From the IMG/VR virus record IMGVR_UViG_3300044941_000055, positions 1 to 46,042 of that record: 46,042 nucleotides of DNA; one strand, written 5' to 3'. Below are positions 1-9,082 of the stretch, piece by piece. The translations under genes and the position numbers were made by a program. The DNA comes from a virus (lineage: Duplodnaviria > Caudoviricetes). How positions within the stretch are numbered: position 1 is the first letter of the stretch; the number at the start of each line of letters is the position of its first letter. The notes beneath the pieces are model-generated. The model did not search any database, was not told the origin of the DNA, and was given only the letters and a program-made list of their open reading frames with translations.

Positions 1-84
1 CTTTCCCCGATAGGAGCATTGCCGCAATGCCAGTACGGGTCAATCCATTGAAGGTTCTTTGCGTATAACGGCAGAGAACAGGAG

Positions 85-127
85 TGATTTCGTCAAACCC
101 AGATTTCCCTAGATTTCTGGGAACGGT
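85..127 (+). repeat. Left copy of 43-bp perfect inverted repeat
   Basis: TGATTTCGTCAAACCCAGATTTCCCTAGATTTCTGGGAACGGT is the exact reverse complement of 45988-46030; 8/12 further matches extend outward (73-84 vs 46031-46042). Confidence 0.97.
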
Positions 128-142
128 GTTACCATTGTTTGC

Positions 143-1042
143 GTGATTTGCGGCAAGGAGTTTTCAGTTCCTCCTCGTAAGAAGCATAGAACGGTTTGTT
201 CGCCAGAATGCGCTTGTGGGCAAAAGAAACTCAAAAGAATTGTAGTAAATTGTGCTAGTTGTGGTAAGGATTTATCGCTTCCCAAAAGTAGTGTAGAAAA
301 AAGACGTTTGCATTTTTGCGATATTGTATGCTTCAATAATTACCGATCCCCTAGCATAGATTTGATAAAAGAGTTTCATGCCCTTGGTCTTAAAAATGTG
401 GAGATGATAAATCGGCTAAAAGTCGATCAAGGGACCATTACAAGACATTTGAGAAAATTAGGTCTTAGGAGTAATGGTTTAGGTGAACCTTTAGAAACTA
501 GACAGGAAGGTGACAAAATACTAGCCCACTGTCAGGGGTGCAAGGAATGGAAGGAGTTGACTAATTTTTGTGGTCACAAAATTTGTAGACGATGCAGATA
601 TGATGATGAACGTGAAAAATGGTTGGAACTTGTGAATTCTGATATTGGTATTTATTTCCAACATAAGCTAGGTGCTGCACAAAACAGAGCAAAGAAAAAA
701 GGTATGGCGTTTGATTTGGATGTTCCCTTTTTATTGGACATTTATGATCTGCAAGGGAATGTTTGTGGATATAGTAAAGGGCTTATGACTATGGAACAGG
801 GGAAGGGCAGGGGACCAAATGCTTGTAGTATTGACCGATTTGATAATACACTTGGGTATTTACAAACAAATATAATATTGTGTACATGGAAAGCCAATAC
901 TGCAAAAACAGATTTTTCTCTCGATGAAATTTTGATCTATATGCCTTTTTTTTATTTTCAAGCGATGCAGTTCCCGTGGATTAAGAATAAGCACACTGAT
1001 AATGTGCGAGCGATTATTGCTAGTATGCCCGATGCAGTGTAA
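143..1042 (+). CDS. Zn-finger/HTH plus C-terminal His-Me (HNH/EndoVII-like) putative homing endonuclease; 5' end uncertain
   Basis: Repeated CxxC and CSxxC/CDxxC motifs, HTH-like VDQGTITRHLRKLGL, C-terminal CGYS...SIDRFDNTLGY..NIILCTWKANTAK typical of phage HNH-like nucleases. Confidence 0.7.
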   Translation: MICGKEFSVPPRKKHRTVCSPECACGQKKLKRIVVNCASCGKDLSLPKSSVEKRRLHFCDIVCFNNYRSPSIDLIKEFHALGLKNVEMINRLKVDQGTITRHLRKLGLRSNGLGEPLETRQEGDKILAHCQGCKEWKELTNFCGHKICRRCRYDDEREKWLELVNSDIGIYFQHKLGAAQNRAKKKGMAFDLDVPFLLDIYDLQGNVCGYSKGLMTMEQGKGRGPNACSIDRFDNTLGYLQTNIILCTWKANTAKTDFSLDEILIYMPFFYFQAMQFPWIKNKHTDNVRAIIASMPDAV

Positions 1043-1052
1043 TAGAGAGAGC

Positions 1053-2810
1053 TTATTTAGTCGTAACTGACTTGGCAAGATTTCGAGGATAGTCTGGATC
1101 GTAATTCTTTGCCAAAGCAATGTAGTAAGCCAAGAGTTGTATCGGGATAATTTCTGATACAACTCTTTCTATTTCTGTGCTGCCTGCTGGCACTTCTATC
1201 CAGTGGTCATACAGAGAATTGTGCCTCTCGGCAATTCCGATAATCTTGGCTCCCCGACTTTTGACTTGCTTCCCACTTATTTCCATATCAGAATAGGTTT
1301 CATCGCTTGGATGCAGCAGAATTACATAAGAGCTTTCGTCAATGAGAGCTAGTGGGCCGTGCTTTAATTCACCGCCTGCCAAACCCTCTGCGTGGATATA
1401 AGCAAGCTCTTTGATTTTCAAAGAAGCCTCAGATGCGATTGGGTGGTTGATTCCACGACCTAAGATGTAAATGTCGCTTACATCTTTAATTTCGTAAGCA
1501 ATTTCTCTAACTTTATTTTCTTCTCTGAGGGCTTGTTTGACACAATTCGATACAGATTTGAAATCTATATTCTCGAATTGAATATGAGATGCTATCCCGG
1601 CCAACAATAGAATTTGCGACGTAAAGCTCTTCGTGGCAGCTACGCCAATCTCCGGTCCACAATTGATTGGCAATACTAGATCGGAAATTCCAGCTAAAGT
1701 AGAAGCTGTTTTGTTGACAACAGCAATGATTTTGGCCCCTTTGTGTTTAGCCATCAAAACTGTTTCCAATACATCAGCACTCTCGCCACTTTGCGATATT
1801 GCCAGCAATACAGACTTTTCATCAAAGTCGTGGTTTAAGAATGGACATTCGCTCGAAATGATTGGCTCTACTTTTATCTTATGTTTATTTAGAAGATATT
1901 TGCCTATCAAACAAGCGTTATAGCTTGTGCCACTTCCAGTAAAGTATATGCTTTTTGCCGCACAAAGCATTCTAGCAGCATCAAAGGTGTTACATTCAGG
2001 TGTGTTACACTGAATCTTTTTGACTGTATGGATTTGCTCGTGGATTTCTTTGATTGTAAAATGGGCGTAATCTTCCTTGTAAGCGTCAGCCACTTCCCTT
2101 GAGAGTTGTACGGTCTTGTGTTTTACTTCTTTGCCCTCAAAGTTGTAAATTGTCATTCCACGAACTTTTGGCGGTTCTATTACAGCGAATTCTTTATTTT
2201 CAAGATAGATGGCTTGATCTGTACTTTCGATAAATCCCAATACGTCGCTTGCAACAATGTAGCCCAATGGTGCTAAACCCACGATAATTGGCTCGTGATT
2301 TCTTACAGCCACCAGTGTTTCGTCATCAAATATGGCCAAAAAAGCATAGTGTCCTTTTAGGTATTTTACAACTTCGAGGACTGCTTTCTTTGGGTCTTGT
2401 CTTTTAATATAGAAGTGTGCTAGAAGATTAGCAATTACCTCACTATCGGTGTCGCTATTGTGGGTGAATCCAAATTCAGCTTTTAATTCTTCGTGATTTT
2501 CTATAATCCCGTTGTGAACTATAGCAATCTTGCCAAGCAAAGTATCAACATGAGGGTGAGCATTGTCTTCACTTACTTTGCCATGAGTTGCCCAACGAGT
2601 GTGGCCAATTCCCACACCACCGGGCAGTTTATCAAGATTTTGTTTCCGATTAACATCTTGTACTTTGCCTACGCCCCGTGCAAGATTGAGTTGTTTGTCA
2701 AATGTGCAAGCTCCGACGCTATCGTAACCACGGTACTCCATTTTTTGAAGTCCACGCACAATAGTCGGAGCTACATCGCTTTGAAAAGAACAACCAATTA
2801 TCGAACACAT
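1053..2810 (-). CDS. glmS: Glutamine--fructose-6-phosphate transaminase (isomerizing)
   Basis: N-terminal Cys nucleophile (MCSIIG), EYRGYDS, GHTRWATHG, HNGIIEN, TDSE, SQSGE, ATKSFT, ELKHGPLAL, RNLAKSVT all intact. Confidence 0.97.
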   Translation of the reverse strand: MCSIIGCSFQSDVAPTIVRGLQKMEYRGYDSVGACTFDKQLNLARGVGKVQDVNRKQNLDKLPGGVGIGHTRWATHGKVSEDNAHPHVDTLLGKIAIVHNGIIENHEELKAEFGFTHNSDTDSEVIANLLAHFYIKRQDPKKAVLEVVKYLKGHYAFLAIFDDETLVAVRNHEPIIVGLAPLGYIVASDVLGFIESTDQAIYLENKEFAVIEPPKVRGMTIYNFEGKEVKHKTVQLSREVADAYKEDYAHFTIKEIHEQIHTVKKIQCNTPECNTFDAARMLCAAKSIYFTGSGTSYNACLIGKYLLNKHKIKVEPIISSECPFLNHDFDEKSVLLAISQSGESADVLETVLMAKHKGAKIIAVVNKTASTLAGISDLVLPINCGPEIGVAATKSFTSQILLLAGIASHIQFENIDFKSVSNCVKQALREENKVREIAYEIKDVSDIYILGRGINHPIASEASLKIKELAYIHAEGLAGGELKHGPLALIDESSYVILLHPSDETYSDMEISGKQVKSRGAKIIGIAERHNSLYDHWIEVPAGSTEIERVVSEIIPIQLLAYYIALAKNYDPDYPRNLAKSVTTK

Positions 2811-4726
2811 CTATTGCCTTCTTTGAGTAATTTCTTGTAGTATTCTACTTTTTCACGGAGAACGCTACGAGGGGCAATCCAATCGAAAGTTTCTACATCA
2901 TCGCCCTGTTGCTCTTTTGCTGCACGCAACCTTAGAAGTTTTTTCATTGCAACTTTAACTTCGTCGTTCATTACCAAATCAGTAAGTTTTTCCATTGTTT
3001 CGTCATCAATGATTCCATCTTCTTTAGCTTTGGCAATTTGTTCAAGGGCTGTATGAGGGTCCAGAGTATCATCTAGTATGTGGGTACGATCCTCTTTCCC
3101 TTCTTCTTGATCTTTTGGCATATTTGGTGGCATCGAATCTTGGGGAATTTCTGCCGTCCTACTTGTTGCTGGGTTCGTTGGGGTTACTGGCTCTGTACGG
3201 TCTTCGCCCGCATCATCAGCTAGTTTTTCTCTTTCGATTTCTACGTCAGATTTACGACCTCTGCGGGACAACTTGTCCACATATTGGTGGTAGAGCTTCT
3301 TTGCTTGCTCCAAGCGTCTTTCAAAGTCTTGGCGACTTGTAATTGGATCGCTATCGAGTTCAACACGCTCTTGTCTTCTTAATTCATTCCAAATGTGTTT
3401 GCGATCCCGGTTATAGAGCAGTGGTGTACGAGGATCACCAAGTCTCAATATCCAAGGAAGAACTAAACCCTTGAGTTCTTTTTTGGCAATTCTTCTCTGG
3501 TGTCCACCACCGTAGTTGTTCCAAGCTGCTATCTCGCTTGGACTTAAATTCTCCCATGCACGATCACCAGTATTAGGTTTTTTATCCCAATACGATGAAT
3601 AGCTTGGTCCCACATCGCCGCTTTCGGGTTCTGGGGATTCTTCTGGTGGAGCTTCGTCGCTTGTTGCCCCGCCCGATGGAGGCGTGTCGTGGTCAATTGT
3701 TGCCGTGCGATTCAGGTCAGCTATTACACGATCCAACGTAGCTGGATCGGTAGCGCCAGCAATTGCCTTTTTGTAGGCTTCATATTTGTCTTCTGGGAAC
3801 CCTCTTTCTTTGGCTTTATCGAGGGCTTGCATTGCAGTCGCACGCTTGGCGTCTATTCCTTCTGCGGGCGTTTCTGGATTCTCTGATTCATATTTAGACA
3901 AATCTTCTTCAGCCTTGTCTAATTCGTCTTCATCAATATGTTTTTTGATCTTATCATATGCTTCATCTTCGATAAGACCGCCCAGAGCTTCCAATCTATC
4001 TCTTAGCTTTTGTTTGCTATCAGCAACCTCATCGCCCGTACTCTTTCTCTTTTGAATTTCTTCAATTCTCTTGAGGGCCAATTTGGGATTGGTTTTCGCC
4101 AAACTGAGAATCTGTTGGTACTCATCTTCATCAATAATGCCACGCTCTTTCATTTGCTTGGCAAAAGCCTCAGCACCCTTGCGATCATTCTCAGGGTCTT
4201 CGACAGGTCCAGTGGGTGTGGGTGTGGGACCAGCGGGAGCAGGAGAGGCTGGTGCAGAACCGCCAGCACCATAAATATGATCTTTCACAGTTTTGACAAG
4301 CATTGCTTTAAGTTGCGTACCCCACTGATTGATAAGCCGCATTATTGCAAGATTTTCAGTGCCCGGAATAGTATCTTCGAGCAGTGTATCAAGTTGGGTT
4401 TCTAGCAGCCTGCAATGTTCACGGAAAAGACGATATTCTTCGATAGGAACAGTGCGCAGCATGACGTGTTCTGGGTGTACTTGACCCAGATCATCACCGA
4501 GTTTGTTATTCCAGAAATAGGGATTATCTTGGTTATATCTCCCCCACCATAAATTGGACATGGTGTTCTTAAATCTGTCCCATATCCCACGTTTCGCCTG
4601 TGGGCGTGTCATGGGGTTGATGAGAGAAGATTTCAATTGCCCAATCATCTTATCCACTTCTTGTGGAATTCGGTCTAAAAGGGCTTGAACTTTCTGGTCT
4701 AAAGCAGCGTCTTCAACTATTTTCAT
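2798..4726 (-). CDS. Large acidic, helical hypothetical protein (possible virion/internal protein)
   Basis: Long ORF; AAGGAG upstream of ATG at 4726 (MKIVED); recurring short helical motif ([AM]KExG[IF][IP].[ED]..YE) and Pro-rich linkers. Confidence 0.75.
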   Translation of the reverse strand: MKIVEDAALDQKVQALLDRIPQEVDKMIGQLKSSLINPMTRPQAKRGIWDRFKNTMSNLWWGRYNQDNPYFWNNKLGDDLGQVHPEHVMLRTVPIEEYRLFREHCRLLETQLDTLLEDTIPGTENLAIMRLINQWGTQLKAMLVKTVKDHIYGAGGSAPASPAPAGPTPTPTGPVEDPENDRKGAEAFAKQMKERGIIDEDEYQQILSLAKTNPKLALKRIEEIQKRKSTGDEVADSKQKLRDRLEALGGLIEDEAYDKIKKHIDEDELDKAEEDLSKYESENPETPAEGIDAKRATAMQALDKAKERGFPEDKYEAYKKAIAGATDPATLDRVIADLNRTATIDHDTPPSGGATSDEAPPEESPEPESGDVGPSYSSYWDKKPNTGDRAWENLSPSEIAAWNNYGGGHQRRIAKKELKGLVLPWILRLGDPRTPLLYNRDRKHIWNELRRQERVELDSDPITSRQDFERRLEQAKKLYHQYVDKLSRRGRKSDVEIEREKLADDAGEDRTEPVTPTNPATSRTAEIPQDSMPPNMPKDQEEGKEDRTHILDDTLDPHTALEQIAKAKEDGIIDDETMEKLTDLVMNDEVKVAMKKLLRLRAAKEQQGDDVETFDWIAPRSVLREKVEYYKKLLKEGNRCVR

Positions 4727-4760
4727 GGCATTCTCCTTGCCATATATAGTCACGGGAAAA

Positions 4761-5222
4761 TCAATGTTGCTCGCTTATATATTCGCCAATTTTCTTTAGA
4801 GACATAAGGCAGGAGTCGAATCGGTGGAAGTCGCTGGAAAGGTATTCCAACGCCAATTCATCGAAGCGGTCTTTGTCCTCTCCTTCTACCTCAAAATAGA
4901 TGGCTTTACCCTTTTTGCCCAAAACTTTATATTTGTGCATCAGGATAAATGCTGCGGCCCCTAAGTCCGTGACAAATCTATGGGATTTTGAAGCAAAGGG
5001 ATATTCCCCGATCTTCTTTAGGGACATAATACATGCGTCAAAGCGATGGAATTCGCTGGATAGATAGTCCAAAGTAAGTTGGTCGAACTTCTCGGCTGTC
5101 TGTTCCTCGGCTGTAAGGAGAAAGAAAATTTCTTTCCCTTGACGACCAATCACCTTGTAATCGTGCATTAAAATGTAAGCGGCTGCGCCCAGATCGCTTA
5201 CACTCTTCTTATTAGTTGTCAT
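4761..5222 (-). CDS. Tandem two-domain small protein, DUF5659-like
   Basis: Two near-identical halves: V[ST]DLGAAA[YF]ILMH.YKV.G..GK.I.F...L.YLSS.FHRFD.C.MSLKKIGEY; AAGGA RBS. Confidence 0.7.
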   Translation of the reverse strand: MTTNKKSVSDLGAAAYILMHDYKVIGRQGKEIFFLLTAEEQTAEKFDQLTLDYLSSEFHRFDACIMSLKKIGEYPFASKSHRFVTDLGAAAFILMHKYKVLGKKGKAIYFEVEGEDKDRFDELALEYLSSDFHRFDSCLMSLKKIGEYISEQH

Positions 5223-5240
5223 TTCTTCCTTTCAAATTCA

Positions 5241-5265
5241 AGGGAAGGGCGAATTGCCCTTCCCT
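5241..5265 (-). terminator. Intergenic hairpin (weak terminator or processing site)
   Basis: AGGGAAGGGC-GAATT-GCCCTTCCCT, 10-bp perfect stem; poor U-tract. Confidence 0.5.
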
Positions 5266-5279
5266 GTTCTCGCTCTCGT

Positions 5280-6066
5280 TTAGAATATCTTTTCAAGTTG
5301 ACTCTGGATGGCTCGTGCCACCATCTTTGTCGCCTTGGCATTCCCAACAATGCACTTCAAGCCTCTATGAGCGGTGTCGATAGATTCTTTTGTGAATTTA
5401 GTGGTCATGCCATTAACGGCAAGGAAGTCGCCTTGAATAGAGAATAGAGAATGTATAGCCCATTTTCCTGTGTAGAAGTCCCAACACATCTTCTGGATTG
5501 ATTGAGGGATATACGGAATCATTGGACGGGAATTCTTTGGCTACGTTAGCCAAGATCACATCAATATTGTCCAATCCAAAATCTTCTTTCTTGGGATCAG
5601 CAAATATTCTTCTATCTTCGGCACATTCATACCAAGTTTTACAATGGACGTATTCTGGTTCCTCGTTGAGTCCAGATAGTTCTTTGAGTTCTTCGCAAGC
5701 AGTTTCATCCAATTCTTCAACTGGCTTGTGCCGGACAGATTCAATCTTTTTAGCAAGCTCTTCTGCGGAATCTATTTTCCACAGATTCTCGCAGGCTTGT
5801 CTCTTCATTTCGTCTTTCACGAATTCATTGTCGAATTCTCGAAGAGGCAATTCATCAAAATGTTCCTGTTTCATCCAAACCTTTTCACCAGTATCATTTT
5901 GAATCTCGTATCTTTCACCGTTCAAAATGCCTACTTTGTGTGTTTGGAAAACCTCATAGACCTTGCCATAGGTCATATTTTTGGCGTTGCAATCGAGCAA
6001 CGGGCAGAATTTTACCTTCTTGACAGGCTTAGAGTAGTCCCTGTCAATTTGCTTTTCTTCGTTCAT
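5280..6066 (-). pseudogene. Hypothetical protein apparently frameshifted by a 7-bp tandem duplication
   Basis: ORFs 5413-6066 and 5280-5522 fuse in frame if one TTCTCTA unit at 5435-5452 is removed. Confidence 0.6.
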
Positions 6067-6088
6067 AACTCATCCTTTTATTTAATTG

Positions 6089-7093
6089 TTATTTCGCAGC
6101 TTCTGCGGCAATTAAGCAACCACGAGCTACGCTGTAAAGTGGATCGTTCGGTTTTACGACTTCACCCACCTTAATTGGTAAGTTTGCTTGCACCAGTGTA
6201 TCTTTAAACAAAGTTGCGAAGCCATAGGGAGAAGATGTTCCTCCCGCTATCACTATGTCAACAGGATTTTCCGTGTGAACAGCTTTGTTTGCCCCGGCCA
6301 AACCCTTCTTGATTCCAGCAATAGTATGTTCAATCATTAGTCGATATTGAGTCTGTATTGCACGTTCTACTAAGTTGGTCGGTGGTTTTGACAAGTCGAT
6401 CTTAGTCTTTTCTTTGTTGATGAAAGTCGGTGTCTCGCCAGTTGCTTTCGCAGCCTGCTTGTCGATCCAGTCACCGCTATTCACAATGGCGAAGGTGAAT
6501 ACGGGCTGGCCATACATGGCGTAGCAGATGTTTACCATACCAGCACCAAAGCTGATGCCAATACCTGTGTATGCCTTTTTGCCTAGCTCGGCATAAACTA
6601 GAGCCAACGCCTCGTTAATTGGATTGGCATTTACTTTGAAGCCCTTATCGGACTTGTAAGCCTTGAAGATGGCTTCTAGCACTTTTTGGTGGTAGTCGGC
6701 ATCTGTATCTTCGTTAATGGCATTGGCCGGTACACAGTAATAGAGTGTTTCGTTGTCTTGTTTTACATCATCTAATAGGCTGTGGACCATAATGCTTAAA
6801 ATTTGGAAAGCGTCTTTTTCCTTGGGATTGACGCATCCGTGGGCCATAGGTCGCTTGAGTTCTAGTTGGCTCATTGTATAAGCCATGTTTACGGCGGCTT
6901 CGCCAAGGGCGTAAGCGACGTTTTCACGCTCGATAAGCGGAACGCCAGCGTTCTTCATCATGTTAAAGACGAAGCGATTTTCGAGAGGAAGCTCCAAAAA
7001 GGCGTTCACTTCTCGTTTATTCACAAAATTGCCCTTGTCGTCTCTGCTGCAACAAACAAGGTTGTATGTACCTACGTCAAAACCTAGTGCCAT
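6089..7093 (-). CDS. Actin-like ATPase, volactin-like subfamily
   Basis: Phosphate-1 GFDVGT, INEALALVYAEL, phosphate-2 GISFGAGMVN, GDWID, adenosine IAGGTS, PLYSVARG; AAGGAG RBS. Confidence 0.88.
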   Translation of the reverse strand: MALGFDVGTYNLVCCSRDDKGNFVNKREVNAFLELPLENRFVFNMMKNAGVPLIERENVAYALGEAAVNMAYTMSQLELKRPMAHGCVNPKEKDAFQILSIMVHSLLDDVKQDNETLYYCVPANAINEDTDADYHQKVLEAIFKAYKSDKGFKVNANPINEALALVYAELGKKAYTGIGISFGAGMVNICYAMYGQPVFTFAIVNSGDWIDKQAAKATGETPTFINKEKTKIDLSKPPTNLVERAIQTQYRLMIEHTIAGIKKGLAGANKAVHTENPVDIVIAGGTSSPYGFATLFKDTLVQANLPIKVGEVVKPNDPLYSVARGCLIAAEAAK

Positions 7094-7095
7094 GA

Positions 7096-7341
7096 TTACT
7101 CCTTTTTTCCAAATTGAATTTTCGGGGAAGCCTCAAAATCCGGCACTTCCCAATTGAAGCCAGTTGATTTGGGCTTTTCTTTTTCTTGTATCTCTTGTTT
7201 AACAGATTGCGCAGAAACAGCCACACCATCGCCGTTCAGGTTGATGTTAAGCTCCAATGTAATGGAAACTTGGCATTCACCGTTTTTTGTGATAACCTTT
7301 ACTTCGTTAGGTTTTATGAGTTGTGGCAATTTTTCTCCCAA
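7096..7341 (-). CDS. Small hypothetical protein directly upstream of the actin-like gene
   Basis: Fills the gap, stops 2 nt before actin ATG; start codon uncertain. Confidence 0.65.
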   Translation of the reverse strand: MGEKLPQLIKPNEVKVITKNGECQVSITLELNINLNGDGVAVSAQSVKQEIQEKEKPKSTGFNWEVPDFEASPKIQFGKKE

Positions 7342-7393
7342 TTCACAACAATGTTGCTACACCTATAGTTATACTCTATAAGAGAATTTTGGC

Positions 7394-8353
7394 TTATTTT
7401 TCCCACGGCCACTTCTCGAACATTTTCCTAACCCCTTCTTGCAATTCCTCTTTGGTAAGTTCGGTCAAACAGGGCTTCTGGGGCTTTCTACATTTGGGGC
7501 AGTCGCCAAACTTGAAGCAAGGTCCGCAATCCCAATTTCCGTTATCTCGATGCTTTTGAACCAATATGAAATCAAAATGTTTGCCATAGGCTTTACCATC
7601 GGCAAAGGTGAAGATTCCCATTAAGGGTTTGTTCAATCCCCCTGCTAGATGAAATGCCGCTGTGTCCACAGAGATGATGTAGTCCATTTCTTGGAAATAA
7701 CAAGCAAGTTCTTTAAGAGATATTTTGGATATTGTTTTGATGCCGTATTTCTTTAACGCTTCCAGTTCTTCCTTGTGATAGGCCAACAAAACATGATCTT
7801 TTGTGGCCTCGGCAATAGCTTCTAGTTGATGGGGCAACAACGTCTTGGTTATCATCTTAGAAACAGGGGCAAACCCAATCAAAGCCTTCCCATCTTGTTT
7901 GAATTTTTGGAGATTTTCACGAACTCGTTCGTGGATTACCGGGTCCAAACGAATGTGCATATTGTGGTGTTTAAGCTCGACTCCACAATATTTAGCCCAA
8001 ATATCGCTGCGATGATCGAGGCAATAGGGTGCCCGCATATTTTCGTAACGGTCGGCAATTGTCACACAGGTATTGTAAACAGCAATGTAATCTTGAGGAT
8101 TGACTGTACGAGAATCTATCACTTCTGAAATGTAGGGATGATCGCTGGCAGCATCCATGTATTCTGGCAAGCAAGCAAATACAAATTCGGCTTCCGGCAT
8201 GATATTTTTGAAGTCCTCAAATACCATCCGGTGCATGTATACATCGCCTAATCCGCCCTTGTCGTGCCAAATCAGGACTCGGTTTCTTTTTGCGTGAAAC
8301 TCCTTGATACTCAGGGGTTTCGGTTTGTAGACTTTTTTGTTTAGTGAAGGCAT
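7394..8353 (-). CDS. Glycosyltransferase family 9 (heptosyltransferase-like)
   Basis: GGLGDV motif, ISVDTAAFHLAGGLNKP motif, C-terminal CxPC...C..C....C cluster. Confidence 0.9.
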   Translation of the reverse strand: MPSLNKKVYKPKPLSIKEFHAKRNRVLIWHDKGGLGDVYMHRMVFEDFKNIMPEAEFVFACLPEYMDAASDHPYISEVIDSRTVNPQDYIAVYNTCVTIADRYENMRAPYCLDHRSDIWAKYCGVELKHHNMHIRLDPVIHERVRENLQKFKQDGKALIGFAPVSKMITKTLLPHQLEAIAEATKDHVLLAYHKEELEALKKYGIKTISKISLKELACYFQEMDYIISVDTAAFHLAGGLNKPLMGIFTFADGKAYGKHFDFILVQKHRDNGNWDCGPCFKFGDCPKCRKPQKPCLTELTKEELQEGVRKMFEKWPWEK

Positions 8354-8359
8354 ACCCTA

Positions 8360-8396
8360 TAAAAGAAAAGAGCCACCGTATTTCTACGATGGCTCT
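8360..8396 (-). terminator. Rho-independent terminator
   Basis: Minus strand AGAGCCATCGTA-GAAA-TACGGTGGCTCT followed by TTTCTTTT, just after the stop of 8421-9017. Confidence 0.85.
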
Positions 8397-8420
8397 CGAT
8401 TATTTCTTGTTCAAATTTGT

Positions 8421-9017
8421 TTAGCTGTTGCAAACACTCTTTACAGAGAGAAGAACTTGAACGTCTGCGGCTGTACCACCAGATACGTTGTTCACAAATT
8501 CGAGCTTGGAAACAGACAGGTCGCCAGAGTTGAATACCTGTGTTTCGCTGGCACCAATGTCGATTACAGCGTCGGCTACGCCGTTGATACGGCAACGAAC
8601 TGCGGTCGAACCTTGGTTGGCAATCTGTACGAATACAGCGTAGCCGCCCGTGTCGCCAAGAACGTCAATTACGTTGTCTTCATAGTCTGTGCCCTGAAGA
8701 ACAAGCATGTTGTAAACCTTCGGGAAGGTCGTCTCTACATCGCCATCGTGGTAAGCAGAACCGTCGTCGGTTACAACTTCGATGAAGGCTTGTGCGAGAG
8801 GAACTTGTGGGTAAGCAAAACGCTTCCAATAGTTACAGTCCGTGAATGTTTCGCCGTCAGCTAACTTGCGGTATGTCTTGCCGGGGCCAGTTACATAGAT
8901 TGTACGCTGAATGGATGTTGCGAATTGGCTACCATGATCGCCTTCAACACCACTGTCAAAACGCTTGTCAAGCAAGCCTTGGGCGGTGTTGTTTAATTTT
9001 ACTCTAAATACACTCAT
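8421..9017 (-). CDS. Beta-rich hypothetical protein, possibly an abundant virion protein
   Basis: Strong AAGGAG RBS, own terminator, Gly/Val/Thr/Asp-rich. Confidence 0.75.
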   Translation of the reverse strand: MSVFRVKLNNTAQGLLDKRFDSGVEGDHGSQFATSIQRTIYVTGPGKTYRKLADGETFTDCNYWKRFAYPQVPLAQAFIEVVTDDGSAYHDGDVETTFPKVYNMLVLQGTDYEDNVIDVLGDTGGYAVFVQIANQGSTAVRCRINGVADAVIDIGASETQVFNSGDLSVSKLEFVNNVSGGTAADVQVLLSVKSVCNS

Positions 9018-9082
9018 TGCTATTGCTCCTTTGAGTATTGAATTTATTGACCTTATCTCTGCCTTTATATATTGTGCTGCTA

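Noticed and set aside
84-146. Leader peptide (V/L)ISSNPDFPRFLGT from the repeat with a programmed -1 frameshift into the terminal ORFs
   Set aside because: No canonical slippery heptamer; unsupported
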